DNA from: an uncultured Actinomycetota bacterium
Lineage (GTDB): Bacteria > Actinomycetota > Actinomycetes > Propionibacteriales > Nocardioidaceae
Length of the DNA stretch: 64,000 nt
Reading direction: 5' to 3'
Assembly: GCA_963795275.1 (NCBI GenBank)
Contig: CAWCHD010000010.1
Coordinates: 94,263-158,262, forward strand
Positions 30,897 to 40,444 of this stretch are shown piece by piece; positions within the stretch are counted from its first letter, which is position 1, and each line of letters begins with the position of its first letter. The notes beneath the pieces were generated by a model, which saw only the letters and a program-made list of their open reading frames with translations, searched no databases and was not told the DNA's origin. Both the position numbers and the translations under genes were made by a program.

Positions 30897-31103
30897 ATGG
30901 TCGAGAACACCCACGGAGACATGTCGGAGGCACGGTTCCTCACCATCGCCGAGGTCGCTGCCAAGATGCGCGTCTCGAAGATGACGGTCTACCGGCTCGT
31001 CCACGGCGGCGAGCTGCCCGCGGTCCGCGTCGGCCGCTCGTTCCGGGTCACCGAGGACGACGTCAACGAGTACCTGCGCAAGTCCTTCTACAACGCCGGC
31101 TGA
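30897..31103 (+). CDS. Small excisionase-like HTH DNA-binding protein (Rv0500A type)
   Basis: [38 protein letters not shown]. Confidence 0.9.
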   Translation: MVENTHGDMSEARFLTIAEVAAKMRVSKMTVYRLVHGGELPAVRVGRSFRVTEDDVNEYLRKSFYNAG

Positions 31104-31222
31104 CGCCCGGCCCGGGCCTGCGGTCCCACCTGCCTGAGGCGATTCCACCCCCTGCAGCCATGGCCAGTAGGGTGTCGGGGTCCGGCCGACGAGCGTCGGC
31201 CGAAAAGGAAGGTCTGATCCAC

Positions 31223-31324
31223 GTGGGTTCTGTCATCAAGAAGCGGCGCAAGCGCATGGCCAAGAAGAAGCACCGCAAGCTGCTCAAGAAGACGCGCGTC
31301 CAGCGCCGCAAGCTCGGCAAGTAA
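31223..31324 (+). CDS. 30S ribosomal protein bS22 (AURKAIP1/COX24 domain)
   Basis: [33 protein letters not shown]. Confidence 0.95.
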   Translation: MGSVIKKRRKRMAKKKHRKLLKKTRVQRRKLGK

Positions 31325-31336
31325 CACCCCTCGACC

Positions 31337-32323
31337 ATGGGACGGGTCGTGCTGGTCACCGGGATCTCCCGGGACATCGGCCGACGCTTCGCGCGCGCCG
31401 CGGCCGGCGACCCGTCCATCGAGCGAGTCATCGGTGTCGACGTCATCCCCCCGCGGGGCGACATCGGCGACGTCTCGTTCGTGCGCGCTGACATCCGCAA
31501 CCCCGTCATCGCGAAGGTCCTCGCCAAGGAGGACGTCGACACCGTCGTCCACATGAGCGTGATCGCCACGCCCGGCTCGGCCGGCGGGCGGGGGACGATG
31601 AAGGAGCTCAACGTCATCGGCTCCATGCAGCTGCTCGCTGCGTGCCAGAAGTCGACGACCGTCGACCGCCTGGTGGTGAAGTCGACGACCACGGTCTACG
31701 GCTCGAGCCCGCGCGACCCGGCGATGTTCACCGAGGACATGGGGCCCAAGCGGCTGCCGTCCTCGGGCTACGCCAAGGACGTCTACGAGATCGAGGGCTA
31801 CGTCCGCGGCTTCGCCCGGCGGCGGCCCGACGTCGACGTGACGATGATCCGCGCGGCCAACGTGATCGGCCCGCACGTCTCGAGCCCGCTGACCAGCTAC
31901 TTCCGGCTCCCGGTCATCCCGCGCGTGCTGGGCTTCGACCCGCGCCTGCAGTTCCTCCACGAGGACGACCTGATGCGGGTGCTCACCCACGCCGCGACGC
32001 GCGCGGTCCCCGGCACCTTCAACGTCGCGGGCGACGGGCTGCTGACCCTGGCCCAGGCCGTACGCCGTCTCGGCACGCCGTCGGTGGCCATGCCCCGGTT
32101 CGCGGTCGGTCGCCTCGGCGCGACGATGCGTCAGGCCCGCCTGTCGGACTTCTCGCCCGAGCAGCTGGGGTTCCTGACCTACGGTCGGGGTGTGGACACG
32201 ACCCGGATGCGCAGCGTGCTCGGCTTCGAGCCGTCGTTCACGACGGCCGAGGCGTTCGCCGACTTCTGCCGCTCGGTGACGCCGGCGGTCCCGCGCGTCG
32301 CGGAAGGTGCCGGCCGTGGCTGA
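31337..32323 (+). CDS. NAD-dependent epimerase/dehydratase
   Basis: VLVTG, KELNVIGSMQLL, VYGSSPRDP, DPRLQFLHEDD, GTFNVAG. Confidence 0.88.
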   Translation: MGRVVLVTGISRDIGRRFARAAAGDPSIERVIGVDVIPPRGDIGDVSFVRADIRNPVIAKVLAKEDVDTVVHMSVIATPGSAGGRGTMKELNVIGSMQLLAACQKSTTVDRLVVKSTTTVYGSSPRDPAMFTEDMGPKRLPSSGYAKDVYEIEGYVRGFARRRPDVDVTMIRAANVIGPHVSSPLTSYFRLPVIPRVLGFDPRLQFLHEDDLMRVLTHAATRAVPGTFNVAGDGLLTLAQAVRRLGTPSVAMPRFAVGRLGATMRQARLSDFSPEQLGFLTYGRGVDTTRMRSVLGFEPSFTTAEAFADFCRSVTPAVPRVAEGAGRG

Positions 32324-33494
32324 GGAAGCACGCACGTCGCAGGGGGAGGACGCCGTCGTCATCCCGATCGGCACGGGCGGTCGCCCGGGTCGCGGGACCG
32401 GCAACGCACGTCCCTCCTCCGCCGCGCGCAACCTGTCGTCCGGCCGCAAGCCGGCCGCACCGAGGAAGACGCCCCCGGCGCAGAAGCCTCCCCGCGCGAG
32501 GACCCGCCCGGCACCGGTCAGCGAGCCGGCACCCGCCGAGCAGCCGGCCCCGGCAGCCCCGGCGGGCGACGCGCCGTCCGCGGGCGCCGCGCCGACGACC
32601 GGCATCCCGGTCGGCGACTGGCTCGCTGCCCTCCAGGCGGCGGCCGTCGAGATCTTCGGCGACGACTGGGAGCGCCGCGCCGCCGAGCTGATGGCCTTCG
32701 TACGACGCCGGCTGGAGGGCGACTACGAGGTCGACGACTACGGCTTCGACCGCGAGCTGACCGAGCGCTTCTTCATGGCGGCCCTCCGCCCGATCGCGGA
32801 GAAGTGGTTCCGCCTCGAGGTGCGCGGCCTGGAGAACATCCCCGCCGAGGGCGGGGCGCTCGTCGTCTCCAACCACTCCGGCACCGTCCCGCTCGACGGG
32901 CTGATGACGATGCTGGCCGTGCACGACCACGCCCACCGCTTCCTGCGCCCGCTCGGTGCCGACCTCGTCTTCAAGATGCCGGTCGTCAGCTCGCTGGCCC
33001 GCAAGGGCGGCGCCACGCTCGCCTGCGTCGAGGACGCGGAGCGGATGCTGTCGGACGGCAACCTGGTCGGTGTGTGGCCCGAGGGCTTCAAGGGCATCGG
33101 CAAGCCGTTCAGCGAGCGCTACAAGCTGCAGCGGTTCGGCCGCGGCGGGTTCGTCTCGGCGGCGCTGCGCACCGGCGTACCCATCATCCCGCTCTCCGTG
33201 GTCGGCGCCGAGGAGATCTACCCGCTCGTCGGCAACATGCCGTCGCTCGCGCGGCTGCTCGGGGTGCCCTACATCCCGATCACCCCGTTCTTCCCGTGGC
33301 TCGGCCCGCTCGGCATGGTGCCGCTGCCGTCGAAGTGGATCCTCGAGTTCGGGGAGCCGATCCGCACCGACGCCTACGAGCCGGGCGAGGCGGAGGACCC
33401 GATGCTGGTCTTCAACGTCACCGACCAGGTGCGCGAGACGATCCAGCACACCCTCTTCGACCTCCTCCGCGAGCGCGGCGGGGTCTTCAGCTAG
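32316..33494 (+). CDS. Lysophospholipid acyltransferase family protein
   Basis: GLENIP, NHSGTVPLD, WPEG, FGRGGF, PIIP, PLPSKW. Confidence 0.9.
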   Translation: MAEEARTSQGEDAVVIPIGTGGRPGRGTGNARPSSAARNLSSGRKPAAPRKTPPAQKPPRARTRPAPVSEPAPAEQPAPAAPAGDAPSAGAAPTTGIPVGDWLAALQAAAVEIFGDDWERRAAELMAFVRRRLEGDYEVDDYGFDRELTERFFMAALRPIAEKWFRLEVRGLENIPAEGGALVVSNHSGTVPLDGLMTMLAVHDHAHRFLRPLGADLVFKMPVVSSLARKGGATLACVEDAERMLSDGNLVGVWPEGFKGIGKPFSERYKLQRFGRGGFVSAALRTGVPIIPLSVVGAEEIYPLVGNMPSLARLLGVPYIPITPFFPWLGPLGMVPLPSKWILEFGEPIRTDAYEPGEAEDPMLVFNVTDQVRETIQHTLFDLLRERGGVFS

Positions 33495-33495
33495 A

Positions 33496-34764
33496 TCAGG
33501 GCAGCAGTCCGCCGGTCAGGCCCTTGACGGTGCCGCCGGTCGCCTGGTCGAGCGTCCCGGTGAGCTCGCCGATCAGGCCGCCCGTCGCGTCGTCGACGGC
33601 CCCGGTGAGCCCGCCCACGGCTCCGCCGGTGACCCCGTCGAGCTGCTTGACCAGGTCACCGGTCGTGTTGGTGACGGTGTTCGTGACCGTGTTGGTGAGG
33701 TCCTTGACCGGCGTCGGCGGGGTGACGCCCGCGGTCGGCGTCGGGGTCGGCACGGGCGTGGGGGTCGCGGTCGGCAGGGTCGGGGTCGTCGGCACGACCT
33801 GGCTCGGCGTGGCGGACGGGTCCGGGAGCAGTCCGCCGGGCGACTGGAGCGCCTTGGGGATCGTGATGCCGGCGACGTCCTGGCCCGAGAGCGGGGCCGC
33901 GGCCTCGAGGGTGAGCTCGTCGATGTCGAGGCCCTTGACGAGGTCCGGTGCCGCCGCGTTGGTCAGCAGGAAGTCGGGCGTCGTGGTGAGCGCGCCGTCG
34001 CACAGCCCGCAGGCCGTGCTGATCTCGGTGTCGAGGTCGGTGAGCGTACGACCGGCGGCGAGCAGCTCGTCGCTCGCGGTGACCGGCAGCTCGCGCTGGA
34101 GTGCGTCGAGGCGCTCCATGCTGCTCGAGGTGAAGGCCCGTGCGACCTGGACGTCCTGGTCGGACCCGCCGGAGCCGTAGGACGTCAGCAGGCTGCGCAC
34201 GCCCTCGCCCGACTGCTCGGTGAAGGCGTCGAGCGTGTCGGGGATGAGCTGCTCGGCGCCGCCCGTGCCGGCGGCGAGCCCCTCGAGCTCGGTGAGCCGG
34301 GTCTCGGCCTGCGCGAGGAGCGTACGGCCGCGAGCAGCGTCGTCGCCGGCGAGGCGGACCTCGGCCGACTCGATGCCGCGCTTGACGCCGTAGAGCGACT
34401 CGCCCGGGAGCGACGTCTGGGCCGCCACGGCCATGGTCGCGGTGGCACCGACGAGGGCGGCACCGCCGAGCAGGGTGGCCACGCGACGCTGGCGCGGGCG
34501 GGTGGTCGACGGCATGGCGAGGCGCTGCGGGGCGGCGGGCTGGCGCACGAGGACCGTGTCGGCCTCGGCCATCAACCGCTCGCGGAGCGAGCCGACGAAC
34601 TCGGCCCGCGGGGTGGCCTCGGGCAGGGCGCGGAGGTCGGACACGAGCGCCACCAGCTCGGCGAACCGGGCGGCCTCCCGGTCGCTGAGGGGCGCACCGG
34701 GACCCCGGGTGAGGAGGGCCTCGAACTCGTCGGCACGGCGTCGTGCCGAGAACGCGGATGTCAT
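33496..34764 (-). CDS. DUF5667 protein, RsbN-like anti-sigma factor candidate
   Basis: PRAEFVGSLRERL, TM helix, SLPGESLYGVKRGIE, RLTE, P/T-rich tail; directly downstream of the bldN-like gene. Confidence 0.8.
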   Translation of the reverse strand: MTSAFSARRRADEFEALLTRGPGAPLSDREAARFAELVALVSDLRALPEATPRAEFVGSLRERLMAEADTVLVRQPAAPQRLAMPSTTRPRQRRVATLLGGAALVGATATMAVAAQTSLPGESLYGVKRGIESAEVRLAGDDAARGRTLLAQAETRLTELEGLAAGTGGAEQLIPDTLDAFTEQSGEGVRSLLTSYGSGGSDQDVQVARAFTSSSMERLDALQRELPVTASDELLAAGRTLTDLDTEISTACGLCDGALTTTPDFLLTNAAAPDLVKGLDIDELTLEAAAPLSGQDVAGITIPKALQSPGGLLPDPSATPSQVVPTTPTLPTATPTPVPTPTPTAGVTPPTPVKDLTNTVTNTVTNTTGDLVKQLDGVTGGAVGGLTGAVDDATGGLIGELTGTLDQATGGTVKGLTGGLLP

Positions 34765-34807
34765 CGCGTCCTTCCTGTCTCGCTGCTGGTGGGTCCTCCC
34801 ACACAGA

Positions 34808-34836
34808 CGAACGAACAAGATCGGGTGCACGTTACG
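34808..34836 (-). promoter_or_regulatory. BldN-type ECF promoter of the rsbN-like gene
   Basis: Minus strand CGTAAC-N17-CGTTCG. Confidence 0.65.
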
Positions 34837-34861
34837 GGTGCGAACCACACGAATGGGGCCA

Positions 34862-35662
34862 TCAGTCCCTCAACCCCTCCGGCATCAGCTTGGCGAGGTT
34901 GCGTACGCCGCGCAGCTGGAGCTGCTTGACCGCGCCGTCCGAGCGGTTGAGCGCCTTCGCCGTCTCCGCGATCGACATGCCCTGGAGGAACCGCATGATC
35001 AGGCACTCGCGCTGCTCGGTGGGCAGCTCGGTGAGGGCGGTGAGCAGCACCTCGTTGGTCAGCGAGGCGAGGACCTCGTCCTCCGGACCGTCCGTCGCGT
35101 CGTCGTGCGGCGTCATGTCCTCGGTCGTCATCTCGAGGCGGGTGCGACCGGCCTTGAAGTGGTCGGTGGTGAGGTTGCGCGCGATGGTCATCAGCCAGGC
35201 GCCGAAGTCCTTGCCCTGCCACCGGAAGCTGTTCATGCTCCGCAGCGCCCGGAAGAACGTCTCCGAGGTGAGGTCCTCGGCCAGCGACTGCGAGCGCGTG
35301 CGGTAGTAGAGGAAGCGGTAGACCGAGGCCGCGTAGTGGTCGTAGAGGAGCCCGAACGCGTCCTTGTCGCCCTGGCGGGCGAGCTCGACGAGGGCGATCA
35401 GCCGCTCGCGCTCGGCCTCGTCGACCTCCGAGGACGTCGCCTGGTCCTCGTCGCCGACGGGGGAGCCGGGGGCGGGGGCGCCGAACCGGTCGCCGTGGCC
35501 GTCACCGACCGGGAGGGAGGCCGCGCCGGGCGTGGCCGTCTCGGCGTACGCGATCCCGCCGACCATCCCACCGGCGAGGCCGAGGCCGGGCACCGGGCGG
35601 GGAACGAGGGCAGCAAGCACCGCGCGCCTGAGCGCGTCGAGGCCGTCCTCGAAGGTGTGCAT
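34862..35662 (-). CDS. bldN: ECF sigma factor, BldN/AdsA-like, with N-terminal extension
   Basis: AFGLLYDHY, AEDLTSETFFRALR, WQGKDFGAWLMTIARNL, RFLQGMSIAETA; synteny rsbN-bldN-HAD-grx-rex-hemA as in Streptomyces. Confidence 0.8.
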   Translation of the reverse strand: MHTFEDGLDALRRAVLAALVPRPVPGLGLAGGMVGGIAYAETATPGAASLPVGDGHGDRFGAPAPGSPVGDEDQATSSEVDEAERERLIALVELARQGDKDAFGLLYDHYAASVYRFLYYRTRSQSLAEDLTSETFFRALRSMNSFRWQGKDFGAWLMTIARNLTTDHFKAGRTRLEMTTEDMTPHDDATDGPEDEVLASLTNEVLLTALTELPTEQRECLIMRFLQGMSIAETAKALNRSDGAVKQLQLRGVRNLAKLMPEGLRD

Positions 35663-35758
35663 GCGGTGTCCCTCCCGGTTGCAGCAGTCTTCACGATAAG
35701 TGCCGTCGGCGTCCTTGTGAACCCGTGAGTAACCGCGAGTTACAGCAGCGGACGCAGG

Positions 35759-36643
35759 TCAGGACCGATCGCGACCGCGCACGCTCACGCCGGCGGCGAC
35801 CGCTCCCGACACCGCACCCGCGACCGCGGCCGTCACCAGTCCGGCCCGGGCGGCCTTGCGGCCGGTGCGGTAGTCGCGGACCCGCCACCCGTGGGCCTTG
35901 GCGTGGGCGCGCAGCCGCGAGTCGGGGTTGATGGCGCACGCGTCGCCCACCATGGAGAGCATCGGCAGGTCGTTGAAGGAGTCGGAGTAGGCCGAGCAGC
36001 GGGCCAGGTCGAGCCCCTCGCGCTCGGCGAGAGCACGCACCGCCTCGGCCTTCGCCGGGCCGTGCAGCAGGTCGCCGACCAGCCGTCCGGTGTAGACGCC
36101 GTCGACGTGCTCGGCGACGGTGCCCATCGCACCGGTCAGCCCGAGCCGCCGCGCGATGATGCGGGCGATCTCGATCGGGGCCGCGGTCACCAGCCACACG
36201 CGCTGGCCCTCGTCGAGGTGCATCTGGGCCAGGGCGCGGGTGCCGGGCCAGATGCGGTGGGCCATCGCCTCGTCGAAGATCAGCTCGCCGAGCTCCTCGA
36301 GCTCCACGGTGGTGTGGCCGGCGATGAAGGCGAGCGCGGAGGTGCGGGTCTCGGCGACGTGGGCGGGGTCCTCGACACCGACGACGCGGAAGTAGGCCTG
36401 CTTCCAGGCCGCCCCGAGGATCTCGCGGGTGGTGAAGAACTTGCGCCGGTGCAGCCCGCGCGCGAGGTGGAAGATGCTGGCGCCCTGCATGACGGTGTTG
36501 TCGACGTCGAAGAAGGCCGCGGCCCCCGGGTCGCTGGGCAGGAGGAGCGCGCTCTCGACCTCGGCGGCCGCTGCTGCGGCCTCGCCCGCGAGGGCCGAAC
36601 GCTGCTGCAGGTCGAGCCTGCGCGGTCGTTCCGTCGGGGTCAC
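35759..36643 (-). CDS. HAD-IB family hydrolase
   Basis: [36 protein letters not shown]. Confidence 0.92.
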   Translation of the reverse strand: MTPTERPRRLDLQQRSALAGEAAAAAAEVESALLLPSDPGAAAFFDVDNTVMQGASIFHLARGLHRRKFFTTREILGAAWKQAYFRVVGVEDPAHVAETRTSALAFIAGHTTVELEELGELIFDEAMAHRIWPGTRALAQMHLDEGQRVWLVTAAPIEIARIIARRLGLTGAMGTVAEHVDGVYTGRLVGDLLHGPAKAEAVRALAEREGLDLARCSAYSDSFNDLPMLSMVGDACAINPDSRLRAHAKAHGWRVRDYRTGRKAARAGLVTAAVAGAVSGAVAAGVSVRGRDRS

Positions 36644-36695
36644 CCGTCGAGCCTAGCCGCGTCCGCGGACCGCATCGCTGTGGAAGTATCACGCC

Positions 36696-38246
36696 ATGCC
36701 GCGCACCGACGTCTCCGCGTTCGTGGCCGAGGCTGCCGAGGACGTGCCGGACCGGCAGGCCCTCGTGGAGAGCGGCGGACGGACCCTCACCTGGGCCGGC
36801 CTCGAGGACGAGGTCGCCCGCATCGCGACCGGTCTCGGGGCACGCGGGATCCGTGCCGGCCAGCGGGTGATGATCGTCGTCGGCAACCGGATCGAGTTCG
36901 TGACGGCCTACCTCGGCGTGCTCCGCGCGCAGGTGGTCGCGGTGCCGGTCAACCCGCGCTCGAGCGCCGGCGAGGTCGCCCGGATGATCGCCGACTCCGG
37001 CACCCGGCTGGTCGTGGTCGACGACACCGCGCTCGACGTCGTACGCCGCGCGCTGGAGGAGCTGCCCGGGCTGGGCGACGCAGCCACGCCCACCGTGGTC
37101 GTCACCGGCGCGGAGCCCGGACCGGGCGAGATCGGGTTCGCCGCCCTGCGCGCGGACGTCGTACGCCCCGTGCCGCCGCTGCCCGACCCCGAGAAGCTCG
37201 CCGCCCTCCTCTACACGAGCGGCACGTCCGGACTGCCGCGCGCCGCGATGCTCAGCCACCGCGCGCTGCTGGCCAACATCGAGCAGGTCGCCTCCGTCGA
37301 GCCGCCGATGATGCACGGCGACGACGTCGTCCTCGGCGTCCTCCCGCTCTTCCACGTCTACGGACTCAACGCGGTCCTCGGCGGCGTGCTGCGCCACCGC
37401 GCCCGCCTGCTGCTCGTCGAGCGCTTCGAGCCCCAGGCGGTGCTCGACCTGATCGACGACGAGGCGTGCAGCGTGGTGCCGATCGCCCCGCCCGTCTTCG
37501 TCCACTGGCTGCCCGACGAGCACCTGCGCGAGCGGCTCGGCCCGGTCCGCCTGGTGCTGTCCGGCTCGGCGCCGCTGGAGGCGCGGGTGATCGAGCAGTT
37601 CACCTCCCTCACCGGCATCCCCGTCCACCAGGGCTACGGGCTGACCGAGGCCTCGCCGGTCGTCACGAGCACGCTCTGCAGCCGCGAGCCCCGCGCGGGC
37701 TCGGTCGGCGCGGCCCTGCCCGGCATCGAGCTGCGGCTGGTCGACGAGGCCCGGCGCCCGGTGGTCGGCGAGGACCCGGGCGAGATCCAGGTCCGCGGCG
37801 CCAACCTCTTCAGCGGCTACTGGCCCGACCGGACCGACGGCCCCGACGAGGACGGCTGGTACGGCACGGGCGACGTCGGCTTCCTCGACGACGGCGACCT
37901 CTACCTCGTCGACCGGGTCAAGGAGCTGGTCATCGTCAGCGGCTTCAACGTCTACCCGACCGAGGTCGAGGACGTGATCCGCGAGGTCGACGGCGTCGCC
38001 GATGCGGCCGTCATCGGGGTGCCCGACGAGGAGACCGGCGAGGCGGTGGTGGCGTACGTCGTCGCGTCCCGCCCGATGACGCACCTCGAGGAGGCCGTCC
38101 GGGCGCACGCGATCGTGCGGCTGGCGCGCTTCAAGCACCCGAGCCGGATCGAGGTCGTCGACGCGCTGCCGCTCACGGTGACCGGCAAGGTGCAGAAGGG
38201 CCGCCTGCGCGGCCTCGAACGGCGCCGGCTCGACGGGCTGCTCTGA
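36696..38246 (+). CDS. Long-chain acyl-CoA synthetase (AMP-binding)
   Basis: YTSGTSG.P, LPLFHVYG, GYGLTEASP, TGDVG, DRVKE, GFNVYP, TGKVQK. Confidence 0.92.
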   Translation: MPRTDVSAFVAEAAEDVPDRQALVESGGRTLTWAGLEDEVARIATGLGARGIRAGQRVMIVVGNRIEFVTAYLGVLRAQVVAVPVNPRSSAGEVARMIADSGTRLVVVDDTALDVVRRALEELPGLGDAATPTVVVTGAEPGPGEIGFAALRADVVRPVPPLPDPEKLAALLYTSGTSGLPRAAMLSHRALLANIEQVASVEPPMMHGDDVVLGVLPLFHVYGLNAVLGGVLRHRARLLLVERFEPQAVLDLIDDEACSVVPIAPPVFVHWLPDEHLRERLGPVRLVLSGSAPLEARVIEQFTSLTGIPVHQGYGLTEASPVVTSTLCSREPRAGSVGAALPGIELRLVDEARRPVVGEDPGEIQVRGANLFSGYWPDRTDGPDEDGWYGTGDVGFLDDGDLYLVDRVKELVIVSGFNVYPTEVEDVIREVDGVADAAVIGVPDEETGEAVVAYVVASRPMTHLEEAVRAHAIVRLARFKHPSRIEVVDALPLTVTGKVQKGRLRGLERRRLDGLL

Positions 38247-38497
38247 TGAGCACCCCGACCGGCGCCGCGCGCGTCACCTTCTACACCCGCCAGGGCTGCC
38301 ACCTGTGCGAGGACGCCCGGAAGGTCGTCGCGCGCGTGTGCGACGACCTGGGGGAGTCCTTCGACGAGGTCGACATCGACGCCGACCCCGACCTCGCGGA
38401 CCGCTTCGGCGAGGAGGTCCCGGTGACCTTCGTCGACGGCCGCCAGCACGACTTCTGGCGCGTCGACGAGACCCGGTTGCGGGCAGCCCTCGGCTGA
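38246..38497 (+). CDS. Glutaredoxin-like protein
   Basis: YTRQGCHLCEDA, EVDID, EEVPV, HDFWRVD. Confidence 0.9.
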   Translation: MSTPTGAARVTFYTRQGCHLCEDARKVVARVCDDLGESFDEVDIDADPDLADRFGEEVPVTFVDGRQHDFWRVDETRLRAALG

Positions 38498-38512
38498 GCC
38501 GGCTTGTGCCGG

Positions 38513-38734
38513 TCAGTCCTCGTCCGCCTGCGCGGACCGCGGTCGCGCGTCGGGCTCGTCGTACCTGACGGCCTCGTCGGGGAACGCCTCGCCGACGGGG
38601 TGACCCGTCCCGGGCGATCCCTGTGCCGGGTCGTCCTCGCCGCGAGCCGCGGCGCCATCCGTCGTCGATGACGGCTCGGCCGCCTCCTGCTCGTCGTCGA
38701 GCCTGCCGAGCTGCTCGGATCCGTCCTGGGTCAT
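38513..38734 (-). CDS. Small acidic hypothetical protein
   Basis: 73-aa acidic ORF with ggagga RBS upstream. Confidence 0.45.
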   Translation of the reverse strand: MTQDGSEQLGRLDDEQEAAEPSSTTDGAAARGEDDPAQGSPGTGHPVGEAFPDEAVRYDEPDARPRSAQADED

Positions 38735-38851
38735 CCGATCCTCCGATCGTCGGGGTCTCCTCGCGACGTACCCGCCGGGTCCCGGCGCATGCGCGGTCGA
38801 GGTCCAGCACCCGGTGAGGGACGAGCTCGGTGAAGTGACGTTCGTGCTCCG

Positions 38852-39547
38852 TCACATGTCGCGGTAGCGCTGCGCGGCGGCGAGGGCGTCCTGCAGGATC
38901 GCTGACGTCGTCGCGGGTCGGGCCGGCCAGTCGGGGTATGCACTGCCGGGGACGGCGTACGGGGTCACGTAGGCGGAGGTGTCGCGCTGGAAGCGCCACC
39001 CCTCGGCGAGAGCACCGACGTCGAGGGTGTCGTACCCGATGGCGTCGAGGAGCTGCGTGACCGTTGACTTGGCCGCTGCGTCGTCGCCGGCGATCGGGAG
39101 GGCCGAGCGTTCGGGATCGCCCGCGGGGCGGGCGAGGGTGGCGAGGTGGTCGACGTAGATGTTGTTGAACGCCTTCACCACAGAGCTTCCTTCGAGGTGT
39201 GCCTGCAGGAGCTCGCTCGTGGTCGTGGACTCGTCATCGAGCTGCGCGATGTGACCGTCCCGGTCGGGGTAGTAGTTGTTGGTGTCGATCACGACCTTGC
39301 CGCGCAGGGGTTCCACCGGGACCTGACGGTAGTTCTTGAGGGGCACTGTGACCACGGCGATGTCGGCGGCCGCTGCTGCCTCTGCCGCGGTCGCCGCCCG
39401 GGCGTGCGGACCCAGCTGCGCGACGAGATCTGCCAGGGTCTCGGGTCCGCGACTGTTGCTGAGCACGACGTCGTACCCCGCATCCACCGCCAACCGCGCG
39501 ACGGTGCTGCCGATGTTTCCGCTGCCGATGAGTCCGATGGTCGTCAT
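38852..39547 (-). CDS. NADPH-dependent F420 reductase-like oxidoreductase
   Basis: IGLIGSGNIG, SNSRGPETL, VIDTNNYYP.RDG, VVKAFNN, AGDD. Confidence 0.9.
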   Translation of the reverse strand: MTTIGLIGSGNIGSTVARLAVDAGYDVVLSNSRGPETLADLVAQLGPHARAATAAEAAAAADIAVVTVPLKNYRQVPVEPLRGKVVIDTNNYYPDRDGHIAQLDDESTTTSELLQAHLEGSSVVKAFNNIYVDHLATLARPAGDPERSALPIAGDDAAAKSTVTQLLDAIGYDTLDVGALAEGWRFQRDTSAYVTPYAVPGSAYPDWPARPATTSAILQDALAAAQRYRDM

Positions 39548-39695
39548 GCCTGTCCGAACGCTGCCTGCCCGCACGGGATTCCTGGCGCCCGCCCATCGGA
39601 CGGGTCGAGGGCGGTGGTCACCACACCGCCACGACGCTGTCGACCCCCGCCACGGGTGGGTCATCTCACATGTGCTAGCAGGCCCTCGTCTCGTT

Positions 39696-39713
39696 TTGTT
39701 CTCCCGTTCACAA
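39696..39713 (+). promoter_or_regulatory. Rex operator upstream of rex-hem
   Basis: TTGTTCTCCCGTTCACAA versus consensus TTGTGAA-N4-TTCACAA (right half perfect), just upstream of TACAGT -10. Confidence 0.65.
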
Positions 39714-39769
39714 ACTCCTACAGTGACGGAGTCAGGCGATCCCCGTCCCTGGCTGGAGAGAAGCAAGCT

Positions 39770-40444
39770 GTGACCGCACGGACCCCCGACTCTGCCCGGG
39801 ACATTCCCGAGGCAACTGTCGCTCGGCTTCCCGTGTACCTGCGTGCCCTCATCGGCCTCGCCGAGGACGGCACGACCACGTGCTCCAGCGAGGAGCTCGC
39901 GGCGTCCGCCGGCGTCAACAGCGCCAAGCTCCGCAAGGACCTCTCCTACCTCGGCAGCTACGGCACCCGCGGTGTCGGCTACGACGTGGAGTACCTCCGC
40001 TACCAGATCGCCCGCGAGATCGGCGTGACGCACGACTGGCCCGTGGTCATCGTCGGCATCGGAAACCTCGGCCACGCCCTCGCCAACTACTCCGGCTTCC
40101 GCAGCCGCGGCTTCCGGGTCGTCGCGCTGCTCGACGCCGACCCCGACCGGCACGACGAGGTCGTCGCCGGCCTCGACGTCCGGTCCTTCGAGGACCTCGA
40201 GTCGATCGTCACCGAGCACGACGTCTCCATCGGCGTGATCGCGACCCCGGCCGTCGCAGCGCAGGCGGTCGCGGACCGGATGGTCGCCGCCGGCGTCACC
40301 AGCATCCTGAACTTCGCGCCGAGCGTCCTCGCGGTGCCCGAGGGCGTCGACGTACGCAAGGTCGACCTGTCGATCGAGCTGCAGATCCTCGCGTACCACG
40401 AGCAGCGCAAGTCGGTGGGCACCGGAGCGGAAGGGGTCTCGTGA
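39770..40444 (+). CDS. rex: Redox-sensing transcriptional repressor
   Basis: IPEATVARLPVYLRAL, LRKDLSYLGSYGTRGVGY, GIGNLG, ILNFAP, VDLSIEL. Confidence 0.97.
   Translation: MTARTPDSARDIPEATVARLPVYLRALIGLAEDGTTTCSSEELAASAGVNSAKLRKDLSYLGSYGTRGVGYDVEYLRYQIAREIGVTHDWPVVIVGIGNLGHALANYSGFRSRGFRVVALLDADPDRHDEVVAGLDVRSFEDLESIVTEHDVSIGVIATPAVAAQAVADRMVAAGVTSILNFAPSVLAVPEGVDVRKVDLSIELQILAYHEQRKSVGTGAEGVS

Noticed and set aside
30897-31103. Excisionase marking a prophage or ICE
   Set aside because: Conserved housekeeping neighbour of bS22; no integrase or att sites nearby
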